Assembly (NCBI GenBank): GCA_963522175.1
Contig: CAUQXC010000002.1
Span: 253,134 to 317,133, forward strand
Direction: 5' to 3'
Length of the DNA stretch: 64,000 nt
DNA from: an uncultured Lachnospiraceae bacterium
GTDB taxonomy: Bacteria; Bacillota; Clostridia; Lachnospirales; Lachnospiraceae
Under the pieces are notes generated by a model. It was not told where the DNA came from. It saw nothing but the letters and a program-made list of their open reading frames with translations, and did not search any database. Below, one piece after another: positions 9,358-16,759 of the stretch (position 1 is the first letter of the stretch; each line of letters opens with the position of its first letter). Both the position numbers and the translations under genes were made by a program.

Positions 9358-10039
9358 TTGAAATTTCCTTATCCACCTTATACTTTTTAAACAAAAACGC
9401 GAGCAAAAACACCAAAACCGCAAGCCCCACAGCTAAACTCACATACAGAGTTCTGTTTGTTTTATCGACCACAGCCGCCGCTCCTATGGTATACATAGCC
9501 GTCCCCGGCAAAATAAATATAAAAGTAAACACGGAATATGTCGAAAGTCTCATATCCGTTACTCCATAGGCAAAATTCTGTAAATTAAAGGGAAACAGAG
9601 GGACAAGGCGGGTTATCATCAAGATAAAAATTTCATTTTTCTTCATATCTTCAAAAAGATATTTCTTTAAATACTTATTTTTCATAGCCAAAGGCTTAAT
9701 CCTGTCCTGCAAAAAATATCTTCCGCTTATAAATGCAAGTACCGCTCCTATGCTTGCGGCAAGCGTACATAAGAAAGTTCCGTAAAACGCTCCGAACAGC
9801 ATTCCCGCAGCTATTGCAAAGCTTATTCCCGGTAAAGCGAGGACCACACTTCCCACCACAGTTGCCGCTACGTATATAAGACTTGCGAGTAAAATATTGT
9901 CATCAACCGAACTTTTCATTTTCTTAAGCTCTTCCACACTTAAATAGCTTGAAAAATCAAACATTTTATTAAGTATTATTATAACAATTATAGCCGTCAC
10001 GAAAATGATAAGCTTGATATTTTTATTTTTCTTTTCCAT
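9350..10039 (-). CDS. TVP38/TMEM64 family membrane protein (second copy)
   Basis: 229 aa. Core block VVLALPGISFAIAAGMLFGAFYGTFLCTLAASIGAVLAFISGRYFLQD is paralogous to 4403-5098. It overlaps both neighbouring genes. Confidence 0.75.
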   Translation of the reverse strand: MEKKNKNIKLIIFVTAIIVIIILNKMFDFSSYLSVEELKKMKSSVDDNILLASLIYVAATVVGSVVLALPGISFAIAAGMLFGAFYGTFLCTLAASIGAVLAFISGRYFLQDRIKPLAMKNKYLKKYLFEDMKKNEIFILMITRLVPLFPFNLQNFAYGVTDMRLSTYSVFTFIFILPGTAMYTIGAAAVVDKTNRTLYVSLAVGLAVLVFLLAFLFKKYKVDKEISNE

Positions 10040-10454
10040 CTATCCCCCAAAATGCCAAAGCAAGTGACAAAATCTGTCTAATCAAAAGTATGCTTAAAAC
10101 TATCAAACAAGCATAGTAATCTCTACGCTTATCTATATTAAAAACGAAAAAATATATACCTGTAAATACCGCATAGATGAAAAGCAAAATTGTCTCTGCC
10201 AATACACCTTTATTTCTTATATACTTTTTATACAAAGTAAAAGCGATAAAAAATATACTTAAAAGCACAAGGAGCAAACAGACAAGACTTACCACAGGTA
10301 CCGAAAATATACTGGCATTTTTTATTTTTCTTCCGAGATAGACCATATATCTTGCCATTCCCATTTTTTTATTTGTGAAATACATGATGGCTATAAAGGC
10401 AAGCCAAAAAATGAGATGTAAGATTTCTATAATTATTTTTAAAACTTTTTTCAT
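10023..10454 (-). CDS. Small polytopic membrane protein, unknown function
   Basis: 143 aa with about 4 hydrophobic helices and no motif I recognise. It overlaps the downstream TVP38 gene by 17 nt, which suggests translational coupling. Confidence 0.6.
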   Translation of the reverse strand: MKKVLKIIIEILHLIFWLAFIAIMYFTNKKMGMARYMVYLGRKIKNASIFSVPVVSLVCLLLVLLSIFFIAFTLYKKYIRNKGVLAETILLFIYAVFTGIYFFVFNIDKRRDYYACLIVLSILLIRQILSLALAFWGIDGKEK

Positions 10455-10505
10455 TTCCTTCTTTCCTAAAAAAGAGTTCCTAAAAGGAACTCTTTTGATA
10501 AATTT

Positions 10506-11633
10506 TTATTTCTTAGCCTTGTCCGTACTTAAGTCGGAAACCTTAACTTCTTTGTAATCCGCACTTCCCGGCTCTCCGAGCTGAACAGGGTTTTCACCGT
10601 CCATCTGCCACTGGAACCAACCGCCGTCGTAAAGATATACGTTCTTTAAGCCGTTTTCGTAAGCAATAAGGAAAGGTACGCTTGCTCTCCAGCCCGTTCC
10701 GCAGTAAACTGCCAAACTGTTATCCTTTGTTGAAGCACCCGATTCTGCCAAATACTTGTCAAATGTATCAAGACCTACTATAGTTCCGTCAGGGTTGTTG
10801 TAAGACTTGTCATCCGTATCATGTCCCCAGATAGCTCCTAAAGGCTCTCCCGCTCTGTCGATGTAACCGTATCCCGATGTTTTTCCCAAAAATTCATCCT
10901 TAGCTCTGATGCTTACAAGCTTAAACTTAGGGTCGGAAGCGAGCTTTTCCTTAACCTCATCTATACTGAGTATGTACTCAGGATGTGCCGGAACTTTTAC
11001 TCCGAAGTCCTTATCGGTAGCCACAGGCTTGTTTACCTTAGACTCGGTTTCATAACCCGCCTTTGTCCAAGCATCTATACCGCCGCTTAAATTCTTCACA
11101 TTCTCAACACCTGCCCAAAGAAGTGTAAGAGCAAGTCTGTCATCCGCAGTGATTTCAGGAGTATTTCCGTAGGTGATAACAGTAGTATCCTTTGTTATTC
11201 CGTAAGACTTCATCAAAGCTTCTATTTCTTCCGGAGTTCTTATATTCCAAAATTCATCAGACTCTATATCGTCCGTATTCACATGAAATGCGCCCGGAAT
11301 ATGTGCTTTAGTGTAAAATTCGTCATCCTCAATCTTACCCCATGCAGCCTCGAGAACGACAAAATCTTTTGATTCCTCCTGCTCTCCGTCCATAACCGAT
11401 TTAACCCAATCAGGCCCCACATATACCTTGGTTTTTTCTTCTTTTGCAACTTCTTTCTTGTCCTCTGCCCCGGTTTCCTCAGTCTCCTTGCTTTCGCTTG
11501 TCTCCTTAGCTTCGCTTACCTCCTCGGTTTCACTTGCCGCCTGAGTTCCAGTGTTTGAAGCTCCCGCACAGGCACTGAGTAAAAGAGCTGCCACAGCGGT
11601 ACAGGCAAAAATTGAATAAACAGATTTTTTCAT
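10506..11633 (-). CDS. Exported two-domain rhodanese lipoprotein (thiosulfate/3-mercaptopyruvate sulfurtransferase-like)
   Basis: 375 aa. Lipobox LLSAC, then an E/T/K-rich linker. The N-terminal rhodanese domain appears inactive; the C-terminal domain carries the active-site loop YCGTGWRAS. Confidence 0.8.
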   Translation of the reverse strand: MKKSVYSIFACTAVAALLLSACAGASNTGTQAASETEEVSEAKETSESKETEETGAEDKKEVAKEEKTKVYVGPDWVKSVMDGEQEESKDFVVLEAAWGKIEDDEFYTKAHIPGAFHVNTDDIESDEFWNIRTPEEIEALMKSYGITKDTTVITYGNTPEITADDRLALTLLWAGVENVKNLSGGIDAWTKAGYETESKVNKPVATDKDFGVKVPAHPEYILSIDEVKEKLASDPKFKLVSIRAKDEFLGKTSGYGYIDRAGEPLGAIWGHDTDDKSYNNPDGTIVGLDTFDKYLAESGASTKDNSLAVYCGTGWRASVPFLIAYENGLKNVYLYDGGWFQWQMDGENPVQLGEPGSADYKEVKVSDLSTDKAKK

Positions 11634-11825
11634 AAGTTTTATTTTGCTACAAAAATATAACTTTCCTCCTATTTTTTATAAATACGTATCAGTTATTTAT
11701 ACTGTATTCTGAAAGAAAAGTAAAATAGTTAATATCTATCAAAGACTTATGTTATAGATTAAATCTATGGCTTTGCTTGAGATTGGATGTTTTAATTTTA
11801 TCCCTCTCTTCCATTCCCACCCTGA

Positions 11826-12578
11826 CTAATACTCCTCTACCCTTTCAATTATACTTATCTCTTCTCCGTTTTTCGTATAGCCGCTAATTGTAATACTCGC
11901 ATAAATTTTAGCCCCATTTTCTTCCATCCTACTTAGATAATCGTTTAACTCAATATCCAATTTATCTCCATCAGCTATATCAAAATATGAATTTAAATTT
12001 TTATCGCTTAATTCATAATCTATACTTATCTCACCGGTGTTCTCCGAATAACTTGTACTCGTAGCTTTATATCCTTTCAAGCTTTCCTCTCTTAAATCCA
12101 TGTATTGAAATACAAATTTCATATTTTTCATCCAATCTTCCACTTTTCTTCCGTCTACAGCATATATTCCCTTCTCCTCACTATAGGCGACCTCAAATGT
12201 TTCTACAAGTTTATCACTTTCACCCTCAATATATTTGATTTTTTCATATACGCCTCTTATTTCCTTCTTATTTGCATCAATTTTAAGTTCCAACTCATGA
12301 GAAATAATATCTCCCTCTTTCACATCAGTTTTCCAATGATACATCTCTCCTCCGTTCGGCAGTTTATCAAATATGTCACTTACCTTTTCGGTCGGATATA
12401 TTTTTCCCATATTACTGAAATGGGGTTCTATAACCGCTCTTCTTCGTGTTATGTAAAAGTATATACCAAGCGCAAGTATAAAAAACACTGTTACAGTTAC
12501 TATTATTGCACAGTAAATACAAACTATTTTCAGTAGTAGGCTTACAAGCGGGGGTAATTTTATTTTTTTTATTTTCAC
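11826..12578 (-). CDS. Membrane-anchored protein of unknown function, paralogue 1 of 3
   Basis: 250 aa with one N-terminal TM helix. It shares the blocks IYPTE, LPNGGE and EVAYSEEKGIYAVDGRKVEDWMKNMKFVFQY with 13039-13776 and 13902-14651. Confidence 0.7.
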   Translation of the reverse strand: MKIKKIKLPPLVSLLLKIVCIYCAIIVTVTVFFILALGIYFYITRRRAVIEPHFSNMGKIYPTEKVSDIFDKLPNGGEMYHWKTDVKEGDIISHELELKIDANKKEIRGVYEKIKYIEGESDKLVETFEVAYSEEKGIYAVDGRKVEDWMKNMKFVFQYMDLREESLKGYKATSTSYSENTGEISIDYELSDKNLNSYFDIADGDKLDIELNDYLSRMEENGAKIYASITISGYTKNGEEISIIERVEEY

Positions 12579-12660
12579 TTCTATAATCTCCTCGTATAAT
12601 ATATTTTAGATGCATGAATGCATATGAAAAACCAAATAAATATTTGTTCAATAGGCTTGG

Positions 12661-13038
12661 TTAAACCCAAGATATAATTCCCACTATTGGGGCTATATTC
12701 CCTCCCAAAGAGTGTCCTGTAAGTATAATTTCCTCTCCATATTTTTTTGATATTTTTTCATAAAAGCCGCAAGCACTTTTTTTTCTTTTTGTCTCCGGTA
12801 AATATTTTCATATCTGAAGCTATGTCTTTCATAAGTTCATTAAAGCCGCCACCCGGATTTGTCCCTGCAAAGCCCATAATTATTTTATCGGACTTCTTAT
12901 CCTTATTATCCGGTACCACCCCTACAGGCTTGAAAGCATTTTTAATAAGGTCTTCAATACCTTTATATTTATAAGGGTGTATATACATATCTTCTATTTC
13001 ATAAGCAATTCTTGATACATATAATGTTTCTACCTTTT
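12661..13038 (-). pseudogene. Lipase class 3 / DUF2974-like alpha/beta hydrolase remnant (frameshifted, truncated at both ends)
   Basis: The ORF-track fragment 12758-12988 reads ...KIIMGFAGTNPGGG...DMKIFTGDKKKKK and stops. A 1-nt shift at the A-run continues it as SACGFYEKISKKYGEEIILTGHSLGGNIAPIVGIISWV*. That gives the lipase_3 pattern (xFxGT, then the GHSLGG nucleophile elbow) but no downstream Asp/His. The upstream in-frame extension (KKVETLYVSRIAYEIED) has no start codon. Confidence 0.6.
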
Positions 13039-13776
13039 TTAGTCTTCCTTTATATTTTCTTTTATACTCTCGGAGATTGAAACGTGATTATTCTCATCTC
13101 CGGCACTGACATTAACCTGACCATAGAATTTCATACTCCCATTAATATCAAGACGTCTGCTCAACTCCAAAAATATATCCTTGTCCTCATCTACATTCAT
13201 ATATTTAGCCAGCTCGGAATTTTTTATAGTGTACACTATTCTTGTTCTTCTGAAATTAGTACTATCGTAATATTGTAAGCGTTTCTTGTATCCTCTCAAA
13301 TCTTTCTTCCCCAAGCTTAAATATAAGAATAAAAACTTCATATTCTTAACTCTATCATCCAAATCGCTTCCATCTGTCGCATATATGCCTTTTTCGTCAC
13401 TGTATGCCACATCCACTTCTTTCTCGATTTTAAATCTGTCTATCTCCTTACTGAATCTTTCTTTTACAAGTTTTCCTTCCATTATTCTTCTGTAAGGATC
13501 AACTTTAAAATTCAATTCATAAATAATATCTTCGTCATCTTCTTTTATATGTTCAGTATGATGCAATGTCCCTCCATCCGGCATTTTGTCATACAATTCT
13601 TCGACACTATTTGTGGGATACATTTTCCCGCTGTTTCTAAACTGCCACTCCACATTCATTCTCGTATTTTGGAAAAAGTACGTTACGATAAATAATACTG
13701 TCAGCCCTATAACCCCGATTATAGAATACACTATCAACAACAATAGCCTTTTTATTATCTTTAAAATCAAATCCAT
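13039..13776 (-). CDS. Membrane-anchored protein of unknown function, paralogue 2 of 3
   Basis: 245 aa with an N-terminal TM helix. Blocks MYPTN, MPDGGT and DVAYSDEKGIYATDGSDLDDRVKNMKFLFLY align with the other two copies. Confidence 0.7.
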   Translation of the reverse strand: MDLILKIIKRLLLLIVYSIIGVIGLTVLFIVTYFFQNTRMNVEWQFRNSGKMYPTNSVEELYDKMPDGGTLHHTEHIKEDDEDIIYELNFKVDPYRRIMEGKLVKERFSKEIDRFKIEKEVDVAYSDEKGIYATDGSDLDDRVKNMKFLFLYLSLGKKDLRGYKKRLQYYDSTNFRRTRIVYTIKNSELAKYMNVDEDKDIFLELSRRLDINGSMKFYGQVNVSAGDENNHVSISESIKENIKED

Positions 13777-13901
13777 TTGTATTTAATCTCCTCTCATACT
13801 CAAATTTCTTTTTACAAAAACGAAGTTTTCCTCATATCTCGATAAATAATCCAAGTACATGCGCCGTTTTTCTCATGATTTTACTACTCCTTCACAATTT
13901 C

Positions 13902-14651
13902 CTAATACTTGGTCACTATTTCAAACAGTGTTACAGAATTTTTGCTTTCACGGTCTTTATCAGCACTTGAACTGCTATACACCACAACTTCTCCAAGTGA
14001 TTTGCTGTTGTAATCACCTTTATGCAGTTTTATAGTTAAATTTCTTTCTTTCGGCATATCCATATATTCTCTCAACTTTTCATTTTCTATTTGATATTCC
14101 AATCTTTTATACATTCCATCTTCAGCATAAGCCCTATTTATCTCTTTAAATTTTTTCAGTTTTTCTTTCCGTAAATCAAGTAATTGGAAAATAAATTTCA
14201 TATCCTTCATCCACTCCTCTACCTCCCTTCCGTCCACGGCATACATCCCTTTTTCCTCACTATAAGCCACTTCAAACTCTTCTACTACTTCGGCCTCTCC
14301 ATATTTATCACCTCTTATTTTTTTATACGTTCCGCTTATGTACTTTTTAGATGAATCTACATTTAAAGAAAATTGATAACTATATAAATATTCTCCATCT
14401 TCTTTATCTACACCTGTATATATTTCTCCTCCGTTCGGCATTTTTTCAAATAATTCTTCGAGTGTTTCCGTCGGATATATTGTCCCTATACTTCTAAATT
14501 TAGACTCTATATACCAACGACTTCCGGTAATGTAATAATACGATACAACAGCCGCCACCAACAGTGCGGGTATAGCTACCACTGTTATTATCACTCCCAA
14601 TAATAAACGCAAAAAAAAGTTCAGTTTCTTATTGTTTTTTGCTTTTTCCAT
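13902..14651 (-). CDS. Membrane-anchored protein of unknown function, paralogue 3 of 3
   Basis: 249 aa with an N-terminal TM helix. Blocks IYPTE, MPNGGE and EVAYSEEKGMYAVDGREVEEWMKDMKFIFQL are present. Confidence 0.7.
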   Translation of the reverse strand: MEKAKNNKKLNFFLRLLLGVIITVVAIPALLVAAVVSYYYITGSRWYIESKFRSIGTIYPTETLEELFEKMPNGGEIYTGVDKEDGEYLYSYQFSLNVDSSKKYISGTYKKIRGDKYGEAEVVEEFEVAYSEEKGMYAVDGREVEEWMKDMKFIFQLLDLRKEKLKKFKEINRAYAEDGMYKRLEYQIENEKLREYMDMPKERNLTIKLHKGDYNSKSLGEVVVYSSSSADKDRESKNSVTLFEIVTKY

Positions 14652-14915
14652 ATTCTTTATTCTCCTGTTTAATTATTTCACCCTATTTTATTATTTTACC
14701 TTATTTTTACACTTTTTTATATTAAATATATTTACAATCATCTTTTAAGTAATATAGCCCGCTTTATGATACCAAAAAAGGAGATAGTGCCTAAAATAAA
14801 TGCGACCAAAATACTAATCGGTATTATCTTTAGACATAATCTCCTTCCAAATGCAAACAGGCTCAATCATTGACCCGGGTTCTTACTCAGCTTACTTTAG
14901 AGCGAGCAGAAATTA

Positions 14916-16076
14916 TTAAAATCTGTTGTAAACCTTTTTCCCGCCCACATAAGTACTTATGATATCGTTGTTTTCATCAATAACAAGCAAATCGGCTCTT
15001 TTTCCAATCTTAATATCCCCCAGCTTATCATACACTCCTATCAGCTTAGCAGGATTTTTCGTAAACATATCTATAATCTCTTCCACAGGCCTTTTGGTAA
15101 ATTCCAATACATTTTTAAAGCCTTTGATCATAGTAAGAGTGCTTCCCGCTCTCGCATCATTTGAAACCAGTCTGGCATCGCCGTTTTTTACTATGACATC
15201 ATTTACTCCAAGCTTATAATTACCGTCCGGAAGTCCTGCCGCCATAATAGAATCGGTAACGGCAACAACCTTATCAAGCCCCTTTGTTTTTATGATAAGT
15301 CTCACGGTTCCCGGATGCAAATGTTTTCCGTCACAAATCATCTCGCAATACACAACATCCGATTCAAGCACCGAGCCCCAAATTGCCGGCTCATGCTGAT
15401 GTAAAAGTCTCATTGCGTTACTTGTATGTGTAGCCGCCATAGCACCGTTTGCAATAGCCTCATTGGCTGTTGCATAGTCGGCACCCGAATGTCCTATAGC
15501 CACCTGTATACCCATACTTCTGAGCCTCGGTATCATTTGAAGGTTGCCCTTAACCTCCGGTGAAACCGTCATATACTTTATCTTTCCGTTCGCCTCATCC
15601 TGATATTCCTTTGCAAGCTCGGAGTTTCCCGTCTGAAGCAAATGCTCCGGCATAGCTCCTTTGTACTCCGGTGCCAAGAACGGTCCCTCAAGGTGTATGC
15701 CGAGTATATTTGCTCCCTTATGCTCCAACTCATCCCATTTTTTAAACTCATCTATGCACCACTTGGTCTGCTCTACCGTATCCGTAAGTACGGAGCACAG
15801 CCATGATGTGGTTCCCTGTGAAGCGAAAAACTCGCAAATTTTCTCATAATCCTCCGCCTTTGCCGCATTTACGTCAACTCCCACGGCTCCGTGGGTATGT
15901 ATGTCAACAAAGCCCGGAATCAGTCTTTTCGCCTTAAGGTCCACTTCCTCATCAAAGTCCGAAAAGTCCGCCAAATCATGGCTTATCCCTATTATGTTGC
16001 CGTCCTCAATAAGTAAGTGTGCATATACAAATACATTATCTATAAGCACCAAACCGTTTTTAAATAAAGTTTTCAT
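14916..16076 (-). CDS. nagA: N-acetylglucosamine-6-phosphate deacetylase
   Basis: Amidohydrolase motifs PGFVDIHTHG, GIHLEGPF, IGHSGA and VTDSIMAAG. Start trimmed to MKTLFKNG (ATG at 16076), which has GGAGGG 6-7 nt upstream. The longer ORF would overlap the response regulator gene. Confidence 0.85.
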   Translation of the reverse strand: MKTLFKNGLVLIDNVFVYAHLLIEDGNIIGISHDLADFSDFDEEVDLKAKRLIPGFVDIHTHGAVGVDVNAAKAEDYEKICEFFASQGTTSWLCSVLTDTVEQTKWCIDEFKKWDELEHKGANILGIHLEGPFLAPEYKGAMPEHLLQTGNSELAKEYQDEANGKIKYMTVSPEVKGNLQMIPRLRSMGIQVAIGHSGADYATANEAIANGAMAATHTSNAMRLLHQHEPAIWGSVLESDVVYCEMICDGKHLHPGTVRLIIKTKGLDKVVAVTDSIMAAGLPDGNYKLGVNDVIVKNGDARLVSNDARAGSTLTMIKGFKNVLEFTKRPVEEIIDMFTKNPAKLIGVYDKLGDIKIGKRADLLVIDENNDIISTYVGGKKVYNRF

Positions 16077-16087
16077 TCTCATCCCTC

Positions 16088-16753
16088 CTAGAATAAATGG
16101 TATAAATTCAAATCTTTTATTATTGAAACTATCTCTTTTGTTCTTGTACAACCGAATTTTCTCAGCAGGCTTTTAATTTGAGTTTTTACGGTAATCTGCT
16201 CCACACAACGTATTTGAGCTATTTCCTTGATTTTTTTATCATCAAGCAAAAGCTTTACAAGCTCCCTTTCAGCCTTTGTAAGTCCCGATACATTGCTTAT
16301 GAAAAACAAAAGACTTCTTTCGGACATCTGCAAACGTTTATATTCCTTCATCACAACATTTTGTATATGAGCCTGCATGATAGGTCTGCCTTTGTAGGCA
16401 TTTTTTATATGCTCTATTATAAGCTCAGTAGGGCTGTCTTTAACTATATAATCCACCGCTCCGCTTCCCATCGCTTTTATTATGATATCGTCCGTTTCGT
16501 GTATAGTCAGATATATGATTTTTTGCTCAGGCTTGGTATCCCTGATAGCTTCCGTTGCCTGTATACCCGCATACATATTTTCCATCTCTATGTCCATTAA
16601 TATTATATCCGAATCAAGAGTATTTGCAAGCTTTACAATCTCTTTTCCGGATGCCGCCGTTCCTATAACCTCTATCTCAGCATCTTTTTCAAGCTGTTCT
16701 TTAAGATTATCCCGCAATATATCAAAATCCTCAGCAATTAAAACCTTTATCAA
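16088..16753 (-). CDS. Response regulator, NarL/LuxR family
   Basis: REC domain (IAEDFD, phospho-acceptor context IILMDIEM). C-terminal LuxR/GerE HTH: LTKAERELVKLLLDDKKIKEIAQIRCVEQITVKTQIKSLLRKFG. Confidence 0.85.
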   Translation of the reverse strand: MIKVLIAEDFDILRDNLKEQLEKDAEIEVIGTAASGKEIVKLANTLDSDIILMDIEMENMYAGIQATEAIRDTKPEQKIIYLTIHETDDIIIKAMGSGAVDYIVKDSPTELIIEHIKNAYKGRPIMQAHIQNVVMKEYKRLQMSERSLLFFISNVSGLTKAERELVKLLLDDKKIKEIAQIRCVEQITVKTQIKSLLRKFGCTRTKEIVSIIKDLNLYHLF

Positions 16754-16759
16754 AACCCC

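Noticed and set aside
9358-9423. N-terminal extensions in the ORF track: Fe-S protein to 9423, nagA to 16151, mraZ to 36967, ribU to 51970, thrS to 60859, metY to 62523, troA-like SBP to 46061 and ispF to 57826.
   Set aside because: In each case an internal ATG has a proper SD at 5-9 nt and matches the family-typical N-terminus. The extension either overlaps the upstream gene or regulatory repeats, or begins at a non-ATG codon without an SD.
1-11633. Possible selenocysteine (in-frame TGA) recoding or SECIS elements in the rhodanese/CCG/TVP38 cluster, given the selenium-linked families.
   Set aside because: All cluster ORFs are uninterrupted from start to stop, with family-typical lengths. 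The intergenic gaps (116 nt or less) are too small to hide a split gene. I saw no evidence for recoding.
12412-12651. 79-aa minus-strand ORF overlapping the 5' end of paralogue 1.
   Set aside because: It is an alternative frame across the N-terminal TM-coding region of 11826-12578, and the rest of it covers intergenic DNA. It has no SD, its composition is odd, and the paralogue frame is supported by three-way conservation.
14770-14850. Short minus-strand ORF with a strong SD (GGAAGGAGATTATG: MSKDNTD*) followed, in the +1 frame, by a hydrophobic stretch ISILVAFILGTISFFGIIKRAILLKR*. Considered as a frameshifted small membrane or toxin-like peptide.
   Set aside because: It requires an unsupported frameshift. 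The in-frame product is only 7 aa. No antisense RNA or repeat structure typical of type I toxin-antitoxin loci was evident.
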